From: Candidatus Marinacidobacterium sp.
Lineage (GTDB): Bacteria; Acidobacteriota; Vicinamibacteria; Marinacidobacterales; Marinacidobacteraceae
Assembly (NCBI GenBank): GCA_965220965.1
Contig: CBDCRI010000001.1
Span: 299,303-363,302 of the forward strand
Length of the DNA: 64,000 nucleotides
Direction of reading: 5' to 3'
Below the pieces are notes generated by a model. The model worked only from the letters and a program-made list of their open reading frames with translations. It was not told the origin of the DNA and did not search any database. Shown here piece after piece: positions 48,272 to 58,601 of this stretch. The translations under genes were made by a program, and so were the position numbers. How positions within the stretch are numbered: position 1 is the first letter of the stretch; every line of letters begins with the position of its first letter.

Positions 48272-49035
48272 ATGGCGACATCCGGGACCCGCATGACCCC
48301 GGACGAGGCCCGCGAGGCCATCCTCGGCGGCGCCTGCCCCGACGGCGCCCAGTCCGCGAGGCCGGCCCGATCCGCCTGCCCGCCGGCCTCACGGTGGAGG
48401 GCGGCCTGCACGCCAACGAGTGCCCGGGGCTCAGGCACCTGCCGCGGGGGCTGTCGGCGGCGTCGGTGGCCGTCGAGGCCTGCGCGGCCTTCGAGGGCTT
48501 CGATCCCGAGTTCGAGGGGGCCTTCCGCGTGCCCGGGAACGCCCACTTCCTCGCGTGCCACGCCCTGGCCCGGTTCCCGGAGGAGGTCGCGGTCGGGGGA
48601 CACTTCGACCTCACGCGCTGCGCGCGCGCCTGGGCGGGGCCGTCCGGGACGCCGAGAAGGCTCACGGCGGGAGGCAGGGCGGTCCTCACCGGATGCGCGG
48701 GGCTCAGCGAGCTGCCGGAGGAGATGGCGGTCGGCCAGGCCCTGCTGCTGATCAAGTGCCCGAGCCTGCGCAGCGTGCCCCATGGCGAGGGGGCGGGCGC
48801 CCCCCGCGCGGGCGCCTACGCCGGCATCTTCCGCTGCGACGGCCTGGAGCGCGTTGACGGGATCTCGTTCGAGCCGGGCGGCGTCCTGGAGGTGGTGGGC
48901 TGCCGCAGGCTCAGGTCCATCGGCGACGGCGCGCGGCCGGAACGGCTGTCCGTGGAGGGCTGCCCGCTGCTGGAGCGGCTGCCGCAGCGGCCGGCCTCCC
49001 GCCCCGCCTCCCGCAAAGGCCCGCCGTTGCCCTGA
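48272..49035 (+). pseudogene. LRR paralogue 8, frameshifted by a deletion near 48350
   Basis: MATSGTRMTPDEAREAILGGACPDGA in one frame; the LRR body continues in another (48394-49035). Confidence 0.75.
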
Positions 49036-49301
49036 TCACGCAACCGGGGGCACGGCCTCGACCGGGAGGGAGTCCGGCGAACGCCCAGGCCGCCGCTCGT
49101 TCCGGGCGGCCAATGCCGATTCATCGCCAGCCGTTCACAGCCCTCGGGCAAAGCCGCCCCAATCCCCGACCCGCGGGAATTCGGGGTGCCTGCCAACCCA
49201 TTCGCCCCGCACCGCCAGGACCTGGAAGGGAAACCGGGTCCAGTGCTATGGTCCAAGCCGGCTTCAGGGATGCGCGCAGCGCAGCGAACCGAGACTCGAA
49301 C

Positions 49302-50648
49302 ATGCGCCTGTCCGTCCTCCTACACGATGAGCTTGCCGTCGAGCTGCAGGCCGATCCGCGGCAGCGGGCCGCCATCCTGACGCGGGGGGCCGCGATGCGG
49401 TGGCTCTCCGCCGCCTGGACGGGCGATGAGGGACTCAACCCCATGGTCAATTGGCTCGAGGCGCTCCTGCCGGAAAGCGGCAAGCTTGAGCGATGGCTGG
49501 GGCAGACGCGGGGGAGGCTGCTCGCAGGCGGCGTCGAGGACCGGCCCCACATTCCGGAAACGACGCTTTGGATGCATGCGGACGCGGAGTTTGCGGGCGC
49601 CGTGTCCCTCGTTCGGGACCAAGGCTCCCCCCGGAAGGCCCTGCCCATGGACTCCTCCGCCTATCGGAGGCTCGATGAGAAGGACGTTGGGCGGCTGCTT
49701 CTCGACGAGAACCAATTGGCCGGACGCGCGAAGGGCTCCCCCCGGGGCATTGAAGGGCGGGCGCGATCCTCGCTGTCCGGGATGCGTCCGAAGATCACCC
49801 TGACGGCCGTTGACGGCGATCCGGACCGGGGCTGGGCGCAAGGGGAGCCTGGGCAGCTGAACACTTGGATCGTCAAGCATGAGCACAGCCCGAACCTCCC
49901 CGGGGAGGCCGGCGTGGAGGCGGTTTGCCAAAGCGCGCTGGACCTTGCCGGGGTGCCGGCGGCCCGCACGCTGTCCCGGGTGATTGACGGCATGCAGTGC
50001 GTCCTGAGCGAGCGCAGCGACCGGGCCGTCAGGGACGGGGCGGTCGTGCCGGTCCACCAGGAGGACTATCGGCAGGCGGCGGGCAAGGGGATCGTGAAGT
50101 TTCGCGAGGCCGTCCAGCCGCGCAGCGAGTGGCCCTTTGCCTACCGGCTGCTGGACGGCGAGGCCGAGCGTGAGGCGCTGACCCGCTTCCTGGCGGGGTC
50201 GTGGCTGTTGGCGCACTGCGACCTGCACAGGGGCAACTTGGGCTTCACCATCACCCAACGGGGGGCGGGGCCGAAAAGGGCGTCCGTGGCGCCGGCGTAC
50301 GACGTGTCGAGCGCCGTCGGCACGAAGCTGAGCGCAAGGCTTGAGTTCCCCATCGCCGCGCAGGGCGACCCCGCGAAGATCAGCGTCCGCCAATGGGCCG
50401 CGCACGCCAGGGAGTGCGGAATCGAGGAGGATGCCACGCTGGAGGCGGTTTCGAGCGTCGCGCGGGCGATGCCTGGCGCCCTCGCCCAAGCCATGGCCGA
50501 CGCACGGGCGGGCCATGAGAACATCAGGCAGGATGCGGTCGATGCGCGGTGCGCGGCGGTGATGGGGCACGTCGTCGCCCGCGCCGACCGCTTCGAGCAG
50601 GACTTGGCACGGAGGATGAGGAGGGCCTTCGACGCGCCGGGGCCTTAG
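49302..50648 (+). CDS. hipA: HipA-like Ser/Thr kinase
   Basis: LEALLPE, SLSGMRPK, WIVKHE, HQED, DLHRGN and APAYDV; no hipB seen. Confidence 0.85.
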   Translation: MRLSVLLHDELAVELQADPRQRAAILTRGAAMRWLSAAWTGDEGLNPMVNWLEALLPESGKLERWLGQTRGRLLAGGVEDRPHIPETTLWMHADAEFAGAVSLVRDQGSPRKALPMDSSAYRRLDEKDVGRLLLDENQLAGRAKGSPRGIEGRARSSLSGMRPKITLTAVDGDPDRGWAQGEPGQLNTWIVKHEHSPNLPGEAGVEAVCQSALDLAGVPAARTLSRVIDGMQCVLSERSDRAVRDGAVVPVHQEDYRQAAGKGIVKFREAVQPRSEWPFAYRLLDGEAEREALTRFLAGSWLLAHCDLHRGNLGFTITQRGAGPKRASVAPAYDVSSAVGTKLSARLEFPIAAQGDPAKISVRQWAAHARECGIEEDATLEAVSSVARAMPGALAQAMADARAGHENIRQDAVDARCAAVMGHVVARADRFEQDLARRMRRAFDAPGP

Positions 50649-50894
50649 GCCGCGGGATTCCCAGCCCGCCCGAAGGTCGCCGGCGGCCAGGAGCGGAGGC
50701 CGGGGCGCCGCCGGTTCGGCATCAGGCCGCAAGGCGCCCCGGATTGCCCCAAGCCAAGGGCGCACGGGGAACCTGAAGGGCGAGCGGCGTGAACGGAAGG
50801 CGCCGGAGCCCGGCGGGCCGCCTTTCCCGAAGGACCGGCGTTGCTTTGATGGGGCAACGGGCGGCACGGCCCCCCACCCGCAGCGAAACGGCGA

Positions 50895-51135
50895 ATGCCC
50901 CATGGATTCACGCGCCTGACCACGGACGAGGCCTGGACGGCCATCCGGGCGGGCACCTGCCCCGACAACGCCTTCTTCGAGGGACGCCTGATCCTCGTCA
51001 GGCATGACGAAGCGACCGAGCCGCCCCGCAGCCTCGGGGCGGACGGGAAGCTCCGCATCATCAATTGCCGCCGCCTCCGGCTGCCGCCCCCGGGGCTGGC
51101 GGCCCACGCGCTCGGCGTCAAGGAATGCCCGTCGT
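50895..51135 (+). pseudogene. LRR paralogue 9, 5' fragment
   Basis: EAWTAIRAGTCP...LRIINCRRL...GVKECPS, after which homology stops. Confidence 0.7.
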
Positions 51136-51243
51136 CGGCGTTGCCGGTCGCGAGAGCAGGCGGAACATGCGTAGTGTGTTGCGAAGGCAGAAGCGTGATG
51201 TAATCAGCGAGTGGAATTGGCTCACAAGCGGCAGGTGGCCGAG

Positions 51244-51504
51244 ATGACGCGCAATCAGATGCTTAAGGCGTGGGCGCAACGCCCGCGAGTGGCTGGAAAG
51301 CCCCCCCGATCATGCGATGGGCAGCCGCCATGCAGCAAGGCGGCACGGGCGGAGCGCCGGATTGCGGCGGGCGTTGAGTCAGCCGTTCAGTCAGCCCTGG
51401 ACAGTTCCATTGACCTTCACCATGTCCGCGAGCGGGAGATCCAGCAGGCGGGCTTGAATCAGCCCTCGGAGTACGCGCTCGAAATGGCGGAGCGAACTCA
51501 GTAG
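51244..51504 (+). CDS. Small protein upstream of the PIN-like gene (putative antitoxin)
   Basis: 86-aa ORF ending 7 nt before the PIN-like start; lower-GC segment. Confidence 0.5.
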   Translation: MTRNQMLKAWAQRPRVAGKPPRSCDGQPPCSKAARAERRIAAGVESAVQSALDSSIDLHHVREREIQQAGLNQPSEYALEMAERTQ

Positions 51505-51511
51505 TTGGGCG

Positions 51512-52404
51512 ATGTCCGTCAAGCCGCTGCTCATTGCGTTCGACAGCAACATTCCAGCCCTGCCTTCAGTTCGGGCGTTCTGGGGAACGTTGTGCGAAGC
51601 GGTTGGGCAGCGAATGGCATTGACGCCAACCGCCGCCTCTGAACTTCTTCGCCGAGTCAGGCTAGAAACCGAACGTGAATGGGACAGCCGCTTGCGGCTG
51701 CTGAAGGCTGATGGCGAAATCAGCTTGCGCCCCGGCGACATTCGAAGGCTGTCCACTGCGGCGGGCAATGCCGCAAGAGACATGCTGCGCCACGAAATGC
51801 GCAACTCCAACGGCATTTACGCAGCGGCGCACGAAGCCGGCCAAGCGGTGCTCGCTCTGGAAGAGGCGCTTTACGAATTGATGCCCGAGGACATCTTCGA
51901 TCCAACCACCGACAACGGCATTCGAGACCGGAAGATCGTCATTGAGTCCCTCGCGCGCGGATTCAACGTCTTGGCCTCCAACAACACCCACAGCATTGAC
52001 CACAATGGGCTAAAGGACTGGGTTGAAACCGATGAGGCAAAGCGCTTGAAAATCCAATCCACCATACTGCGTCCCCAAGGCGCTGAACGAAAGCTGCGCA
52101 AGCACTATGGCAAGCCTGCGGATTGGACGGTTCGCGCCTTGGCGCGATCGTGCGTGACGGATCCCCACAACGCAAAGCGCGCGGTCAAGGAAATGGCCGA
52201 CGCGTTGCAGCCGTTCGACGAGCGGGGCATGGGCGAACTGCAAATGAGGATCAACAAAGTCCTGATGAACAAAAAAAACTGGACTCAGTGCTGAGCGCGG
52301 TTCGAACCCACGGCAACAGCATGGCAATGCGCACCAATGTCCTGATAGCGGAAAAGGCCACCAAGGAAGTGTCCAGACTATCAGGGGGCGACATCAGCCT
52401 CTAA
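51512..52404 (+). CDS. PIN-like protein (paralogue 3 of 3) with an apparent frameshift at an A8 run (52271-52278)
   Basis: IAFDSN, LTPTAASE and RDRKIVIESLARGFNVLASNN...LKDW. The ORF stops at 52294, but another frame continues LDSVLSAVR... to 52404. Confidence 0.6.
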
Positions 52405-52461
52405 ATCGTCAGTGGCTGGCGGCGTGGATCTTGTTTCGCATGTTGCGGGAGGGCGAAAGGG

Positions 52462-52760
52462 TTGGGCTTGTGCCGATGCCCCTTCCTGGTTCGGCAGCCG
52501 GCCGAACTCAACGTCGGGTTCGACCTCCGCATCCAGGGCCGCTCCCGCCTCTGGCAGTACGCCTTCGGCGCCCTAGGCGCGGTGCCAGAAAGCCACCGCG
52601 TCGGCGGCTCGGCGGAGCTGATCGGCAGCGACGGCCTTTCCGAGCGGCCGCAGCGCCTCCTGGAGGTCCGCTTCCGCCCCTTGCTGGCGCGCGTCCCGGA
52701 CCGCCCGTCCCCGGAGGACGCGTTCCACTCCCATGACTGCCCCCTGCCTAGGGCGGACCC
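52462..52760 (+). pseudogene. LRR paralogue 9, degenerate 3' fragment
   Basis: LCRCPFLVRQPAELNVGFDLRIQG...W...PESHRVGGSAELIG...HDCP. Confidence 0.6.
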
Positions 52761-52906
52761 CTGGCTCAAGGCCGAAGCGGGAGGCAGGCAAGCGCGCGTG
52801 CGGGCGCGGCCTCACTCCAGCGCCTTGCCCGCGCCCAAGCGGCGCGCCGTTGCTTAAATCAAGCCGGACCGGGGCGCACCGCCCCCCCCCCCCACGGAGA
52901 GGACGC

Positions 52907-54013
52907 ATGGCGCAGCGCACCAACCGAATGACCCCCGAGGAGGCCCGCGAGGCCATCGTTGCGGGCGCCTGCCCGGAGGGGGCGTCGGTCGACGGGCGGC
53001 TGCTGCTGGAGGACGCGGACTCGCTGACCGAGCTGCCGCGCGGCCTGCGGGTCGACGGCGAGCTTTGGATCCGCGGGTGCAACCGGCTGCGGCTGCTGCC
53101 CGCCGGGCTTTCCGCGCAGGCGCTGCGGGTGGAGGCCTGCTCCCTCATGGAGGGGTTCGCCCCGGACTTCGGCGGCGCCTTCGGCGCGCCGCGTTGGGTC
53201 CACTTCGAGAGCTGCCCATCGCTGCACAGCCTTCCCGACGCCCTGAGCGCGGGGGGCGACCTCTCGCTGGTCGGCTGCCATAGGCTCACGGCGCTGCCCC
53301 GAAGCCTGTCGGCGCGCTCGGTGCTGGTCGGCGACTGCGCCGCCTTGGAGGGGTTCCACGCCGACGCCAGCGCCTTCGAGGCCGCGGGGACCGTGAGGTT
53401 CCTGAACTGCCCCTCGCTGCACCGCTTCCCGGAAAGCCTGGCCGTCGGCCGCGACCTGCTGCTGATCGACTGCCCGCGCGCATGGGCGAGCCCCGCGGGG
53501 GAGCCCGGCGGCGCGCCGCGGCGGCTGTCCGTGGGCGGCACCGCCACCCTCGAGCGGTGCGCGGCGCTGTCGCGGCTCCCGGAGGACGCCGCCATCGGCG
53601 TGCGCCTCTACGTGGACCGGTGCCACCGCCTGGAGCGGCTGGGCGGGCTCGACGGGCCGCGCCCGCTACGCGTCGGCTTCGGCTGCAGCGTCGAGCGCTG
53701 CCAGGGGCTGCGGCGCATCGACCACATCGCGTTCAGGCGCTTTGGCTCGCTGGAGGTCGTCCACTGCCTGCGGGTCGAGGCCATCGGGGACGGCGTGAGG
53801 CCCCAGCGCAAGCTGCGCCTGGTGGGCTGCGGCGCGCTGGAGCGGCTGCCCGCCGCGCTCTCCCTCGACGGCGCCCTGGTCGCCCGCGACTGCCCCTCCC
53901 TGGCGGGGCCGCAGGGCGTTTCGGCCCCGATCGTGGCGGCTGAGGGCACGACGCCGCGCTGGGAGGGCGCGGAGGCGGCGGCCGCCAAGGCGGACGCCGG
54001 CCCCTCCCCCTGA
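52907..54013 (+). CDS. Cys-rich LRR protein, paralogue 10
   Basis: MAQRTNRMTPEEAREAIVAGACP; box TTGCTTAAAT at 52850. Confidence 0.85.
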   Translation: MAQRTNRMTPEEAREAIVAGACPEGASVDGRLLLEDADSLTELPRGLRVDGELWIRGCNRLRLLPAGLSAQALRVEACSLMEGFAPDFGGAFGAPRWVHFESCPSLHSLPDALSAGGDLSLVGCHRLTALPRSLSARSVLVGDCAALEGFHADASAFEAAGTVRFLNCPSLHRFPESLAVGRDLLLIDCPRAWASPAGEPGGAPRRLSVGGTATLERCAALSRLPEDAAIGVRLYVDRCHRLERLGGLDGPRPLRVGFGCSVERCQGLRRIDHIAFRRFGSLEVVHCLRVEAIGDGVRPQRKLRLVGCGALERLPAALSLDGALVARDCPSLAGPQGVSAPIVAAEGTTPRWEGAEAAAAKADAGPSP

Positions 54014-54068
54014 GCCGGCCCGGCCCGATTTGCTCTAATGGGGGCATCGCATTGCCAAGGAAGGCGCC

Positions 54069-54779
54069 ATGGCGGGAGGGAGCCGCAGCATGTCCCCGGC
54101 ACAGGCCCGGGCCGCGATCCTCGCGGGGGACTGCCCGGACGGGGCGGTCGTCGAAGGGCCTCTCTGGCTGCTGCCGGGGGACGGCGGGGGCGTGCTGCCC
54201 GAGGGGCTGACCGTTGAGGGGGAGATGGTCCTCGATGGCTGGGACGGGATCAGGCACCTGCCCCCCGGGCTGTCCGCGCGCTCGCTCTGGATCCAGCGGT
54301 GCGCGGCGCTGGAGGGCTTCCATCCGGCCTTCGGGGGCGCCTTCCACGTGCCCGGGGACCTGCTCCTGATCGACTGCCCCGCCCTGCACGCCTTTCCCGC
54401 CGAGCTGAGCGTCGGCGGCGGCCTGCGCCTCGAACGCTGCCCGAGGGCCTGGTCGGGCGGGGCGGGCGCCGCCGGGGCGCCCCCCGCAAGGCTCAGGGTG
54501 GCGGGCGAGCTACGGCTGAAGAGCTGCGGGCGGCTGTCCGCGCTGCCCCCGGAGTTGGACGTCGGCGGCAGCCTGCGGATCACCGATTGCCCCGCGCTCA
54601 AGGACATCCGCCCGCGGCGCTGCGTGGGCCAGGTCCAAATCGAGAGCCGCGAGCCGGTGCGGGGCGTGGGAACGCTCTCCTTCAAGCCCTTGGGGGCGCT
54701 GCTGCACCCGCCCGCCGGCAGCGCCCTGCGGCGGAAGGCCCGACCCAATGGAGGGAAGCCCCATGGCCCAGGCCATTGA
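54069..54779 (+). CDS. LRR paralogue 11, C-terminally degenerate
   Basis: Family N-cap and ~7 repeats, then the pattern is lost; box TTGCTCTAAT at 54030. Confidence 0.7.
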   Translation: MAGGSRSMSPAQARAAILAGDCPDGAVVEGPLWLLPGDGGGVLPEGLTVEGEMVLDGWDGIRHLPPGLSARSLWIQRCAALEGFHPAFGGAFHVPGDLLLIDCPALHAFPAELSVGGGLRLERCPRAWSGGAGAAGAPPARLRVAGELRLKSCGRLSALPPELDVGGSLRITDCPALKDIRPRRCVGQVQIESREPVRGVGTLSFKPLGALLHPPAGSALRRKARPNGGKPHGPGH

Positions 54780-55668
54780 ACTGACCGAGGCCGAGGCCCG
54801 CGAGGCCATACTGAAGGGGACGTGCCCGGAAGGCGCGGCGGTGGACGGGGGCCTCGCCTTCGAGCGGAAGGGCGCGTTGGTCGAGCTGCCCGAGGCGCTC
54901 AGGGTCCGCGGGACGCTGCGCATCAGCGGCTGCGACCGGATCAGGCGCCTGCCGGCCGGGCTGGACGCCGACGCCGTGCTGGTCGAGGAGTGCCCCGTTC
55001 TTGAGGGGACCGACCCCTCCAGGGGGGCGACCCTGACCGTGAGGCGCGACCTCTCCTTCCTCAACTGCCCGTCCCTGGCGCGCTTCCCGGACCGGCTCAA
55101 GGTCGGGGGCAGCCTGTCCATGGCGAACTGCCCGCAGGCCTGGTCGCAGCCGGCCGGACGGCCAGGAGGCCCGCCCGAGGCCCTGCGCACGGGCGGCGAC
55201 GTGACCCTGCACGCCTGCGCCGCCCTGCGGCACCTCCCGGACGCCCTTCGCGTCGGCGGCTCCCTCATCATCCTGGAGTGCCAGTCGCTGGAGGCCCTGC
55301 AAGACGGATACCCGGGCGGGCGCTGGCTCTTCGGCCATGCGGTCGTCATCAGGGGCTGCCACAACCTGCGCCGCGTCGGCGGGCTCAGGCACGAGAGCGC
55401 CGGCGAGCTTCAGGTCGAGCACTGCGCCGCCTTGGAGGAGATCGGCTCGGACGTCGGCCCGCTGCGCGTCCTCGGCCTGCGGAACTGCCCGTCGCTGCAG
55501 CGCCTGCCGGACAATCTGCCGGACGACGGCTGGCTCTCGGCCCGCGATTGCCCGTCGCTCCGGCCGCCGACGGGGTTGGCGGTTCGGGCCGCCTTCAAGC
55601 CGTCGGGCACCACGCCGCGCTGGACGGCGGGCGGCCCCGCGAAGCCGGCACGCCAGCCGGCCCCGTGA
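54763..55668 (+). CDS. Cys-rich LRR protein, paralogue 12
   Basis: MAQAIELTEAEAREAILKGTCP. Confidence 0.85.
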   Translation: MAQAIELTEAEAREAILKGTCPEGAAVDGGLAFERKGALVELPEALRVRGTLRISGCDRIRRLPAGLDADAVLVEECPVLEGTDPSRGATLTVRRDLSFLNCPSLARFPDRLKVGGSLSMANCPQAWSQPAGRPGGPPEALRTGGDVTLHACAALRHLPDALRVGGSLIILECQSLEALQDGYPGGRWLFGHAVVIRGCHNLRRVGGLRHESAGELQVEHCAALEEIGSDVGPLRVLGLRNCPSLQRLPDNLPDDGWLSARDCPSLRPPTGLAVRAAFKPSGTTPRWTAGGPAKPARQPAP

Positions 55669-55722
55669 CGGCGGCGAGGCCCGATCGGCAAGGCGCCCCG
55701 CCGGAAACCGCAACCCAGGGAG

Positions 55723-56637
55723 ATGAAGCGCATGGAGACGGCGATCGAACTGACGCGGGGGGTGCGCGAGGCCATCCTGAGGGGGGCGTGCCCGCAGGGC
55801 GCGGCCGTGGCCGGCGACCTCGTGCTCGAGGGCGAGGCCGCATTGACGGAGCTGCCGAGGGCGCTCACGGTCCATGGGACGCTGCGCATCGCCGGCTGCC
55901 ACCGGCTCAGGCGCCTGCCTGTCGGCCTGGCGGCGGACAGCATCCACATCGAGAACTGCGCCGTCCTTGAGGGGGTGGCCCCAGCCACCGGGGCGGAACT
56001 GCGCGTGCGGCGGGACCTGACGTTCAGCCGATGCCCCTCCCTTGCGCGCTTCCCGGACCAGATCACGGTGGGCGGCAGCCTGTCCATCGCGGACTGCCCG
56101 CAGGCGTGGGCGCAGCCGAACGGGCAACCCGGAGGGCCGCCCTACGGCCTCAAGGCGGGCGGGGACGTGTCCCTGCAACGCTGCGCGGCCCTGCGGCACC
56201 TGCCGACGCGCATGCTCGTCGGCGGCTCCCTCAACATCGCCGAGTGCCACTCGCTGAGCAGCGTTGGCGAGGCATGGCTCGGCGCCGCGCCCATGCCCGA
56301 GGTCGGCGCCGTCTGGATCACGAGCTGCCACGGCCTGCGTCGCGTCGGCGGGCTGGCGTTTGCGCAGGACGGGGAGCTTGACGTCGAGGACTGCGTCGCC
56401 CTGGAGGCCGTGGCGGACGACGTGGGGCCCCTGCACACCCTCGCCCTCAAGGGCTGCCCGTCGCTCAAGCGCCTGCCCCGCGGGCTGCCGCCCGACGGCT
56501 GGCTCTCGGCCCGCGACTGCCCGCTCCTCGAGCCGCCGCCGGAGCCTGCGGTCCGGGCCGCCTTGGAGACGTCGGGCACCACGCCGCGCTGGGCGCCGGC
56601 CAGCGCCGGGCGCCGGCCCCGGCCACCCTCCCCCTGA
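55723..56637 (+). CDS. Cys-rich LRR protein, paralogue 13 (closest to 12)
   Basis: Shares RRDLxFxxCPSLARFPD, GGPP and DGWLSARDCP with paralogue 12. Confidence 0.85.
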   Translation: MKRMETAIELTRGVREAILRGACPQGAAVAGDLVLEGEAALTELPRALTVHGTLRIAGCHRLRRLPVGLAADSIHIENCAVLEGVAPATGAELRVRRDLTFSRCPSLARFPDQITVGGSLSIADCPQAWAQPNGQPGGPPYGLKAGGDVSLQRCAALRHLPTRMLVGGSLNIAECHSLSSVGEAWLGAAPMPEVGAVWITSCHGLRRVGGLAFAQDGELDVEDCVALEAVADDVGPLHTLALKGCPSLKRLPRGLPPDGWLSARDCPLLEPPPEPAVRAALETSGTTPRWAPASAGRRPRPPSP

Positions 56638-56767
56638 GACCCTCGGCGAAGCCCGCGCCCCCGGCCGGACGCCGACGGGGACCGGACCTGCGGGGGGACG
56701 CCCGGCGCGCCCGTTTGCTTTAATGCCCGCAACGTCCCCGGACCCCATGCCCGAAGGAGCGGCCGCC

Positions 56768-57205
56768 ATGGCCAGCGCCACGACCCTGACGACGCCAGAG
56801 GCGGCGCGCGACGCCATCCAGAGCGGCGCCTGCCCGGAGGGCGCCGTGGCCGACGGCGACCACCGGTTCGCCGAGGCGCCGGGCCCTACCGAGCTGCCCA
56901 GGGGGCTGGCGGTTCGCGGCGAGATGCTGGCCTGGGGCTGCCATCGGTTCAGGCGGCTGCCGCAGGGGCTGTCCGCCGAATCGCCCGTCATTGACGACTG
57001 CGCCCTCTTCGAGGGGATCGCGGCGGACTTCGGGGGCGCCGTCGAGGCGGGCGGCGACACATGCTTCCGCAACTGCGGGTCGCTGGCCCGCTTCCCGACG
57101 CCGATGTCCGTCGGCGCGCGCTTCTCCCTGGTCCTGCGCCCAGTGGCCTGGGGCGGCCCCAACGCGCCGGCCGCAAGGCGCGCCGGCGGTGCGGCCTCCG
57201 CATGA
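56768..57205 (+). pseudogene. LRR paralogue 14, truncated and degenerate
   Basis: EAARDAIQSGACPEGA with eroded repeats, 145 aa; box TTGCTTTAAT at 56715. Confidence 0.7.
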
Positions 57206-57768
57206 CCGGGCGCGCGCCCTCCCCCGACGGGGTCGGCATGGGCCTTGCGCTCATGGGCCAGGCGCAGGCGCTGTGGCGATTCGCGGCGTTCGCCGAGGAC
57301 GCCGAGCGCGAAAGCGGGGACGCCCAGTCCGAAGAGGCGCTCTTCCTGGGCGCCTTGCTGGGCGTCCCAATCCTGCTCGCCTTGGCCGTCGAGATCGCGC
57401 TGAAGGCGTGGCAGGCCCGGGACAGCGGCGACCACGACCGCGGCCGCGACGGCCACCACCTGCTGAAGCTCTACGGCAGCCGGCGCATCAAGGCGGAATC
57501 CAAGGCCGAGATCGGGGCCGCCGTCGAAGGCGTGCCCTTCTGGACGGGCCATCCCGTCGCCGCTGGCGGCCCACCGGATCTCTTGATGCAATTTCCGCCG
57601 GACGCGGAGACGTACATCCGCGCCGTGCTTGGGGCGCACGCCACGACCTTCGTGGACGCCCGATACCACGTTGAGACCCTGTCGAGACGGAAGGGCATGA
57701 CGGTCTGGACCAGCCATCTGCACAGGGTGCTCAAGGCGCTCATTCAGGCCTTCCCGGGCGCCGCTTGA
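57202..57768 (+). CDS. HEPN-like domain protein
   Basis: LALAVEIALKA...GHHLLKLY...FVDARY resembles the HEPN ExxLKA / GHxL / RY pattern. Confidence 0.55.
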   Translation: MTGRAPSPDGVGMGLALMGQAQALWRFAAFAEDAERESGDAQSEEALFLGALLGVPILLALAVEIALKAWQARDSGDHDRGRDGHHLLKLYGSRRIKAESKAEIGAAVEGVPFWTGHPVAAGGPPDLLMQFPPDAETYIRAVLGAHATTFVDARYHVETLSRRKGMTVWTSHLHRVLKALIQAFPGAA

Positions 57769-57946
57769 AGGCGTCCGCCCCGTGAGACCCAGCACATGGA
57801 AGCACGCTCCAGTCGCCCTTCGCCTCCCGGCCGGCATGGAAGCAGGCAATGAAGGCCCCCTGCCCCCGGCACCGCACTCCGCCAAGGGCAAGGGGAGCCC
57901 CCCCCACCCAGCGCCGCCGTGACGGGGCCTGAACGGAGCCAGAGAA

Positions 57947-58474
57947 ATGAGCGACGAGACCACCTACCACTGGATCGACAGCCCGGACGCCGTTGGGCGG
58001 CAGGAGGAGATCTTCGGGGCCGGCGCGGCCCTGCACGGGGTTTGGCTGGACAGGGAGAACGCGGAGGCCGAGGCGGAGGACTGCGCCGCCGAGCTGGAGC
58101 AGATGGACGCGGACGGCAGCTACGCCGGGGTGACCTATCATGTTGAGTCAGGCCCCTGCCTGCCGGACTGGGCGCGGTTCGACGTTGCGGAGTACCTGAT
58201 CGACGCGCACGGGATCGAACACCCAACCCGCTGGCACGGCCCGGTGCGCACGATGGACGAGGCCAAGGCGCAGTTCTTCGAGGCGGTCCAGTCCGGCGCC
58301 TACCACATGGCCGACGACCCAGGCCCCGGGGAGCGGCGCGAGGTGACCGCGCGGCTGGCGCTGCTCGACCAGGACGATGAGGTGATTGAGGAGGCGACGG
58401 TTCGCACCGCGTACGAGCCGCAAGCCCATGGCGGGCGCCCGGGCGGAAGCCGGCCCCCCGCGATTGCCCCGTAA
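57947..58474 (+). CDS. Acidic hypothetical protein
   Basis: 175 aa, high GC3, ends RPPAIAP. Confidence 0.7.
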   Translation: MSDETTYHWIDSPDAVGRQEEIFGAGAALHGVWLDRENAEAEAEDCAAELEQMDADGSYAGVTYHVESGPCLPDWARFDVAEYLIDAHGIEHPTRWHGPVRTMDEAKAQFFEAVQSGAYHMADDPGPGERREVTARLALLDQDDEVIEEATVRTAYEPQAHGGRPGGSRPPAIAP

Positions 58475-58601
58475 GCCGGCAGCGGAAGCGGAAGGCGCCC
58501 GGATACGCCTCGAAGGGCGCCGCCGGCCGGCGGCCGCCCCAACCCGCGCGCCGGTTGCTTCAATCGAGGCGACGGGCGCCGGCATCGACACGGGAGGCCC
58601 C

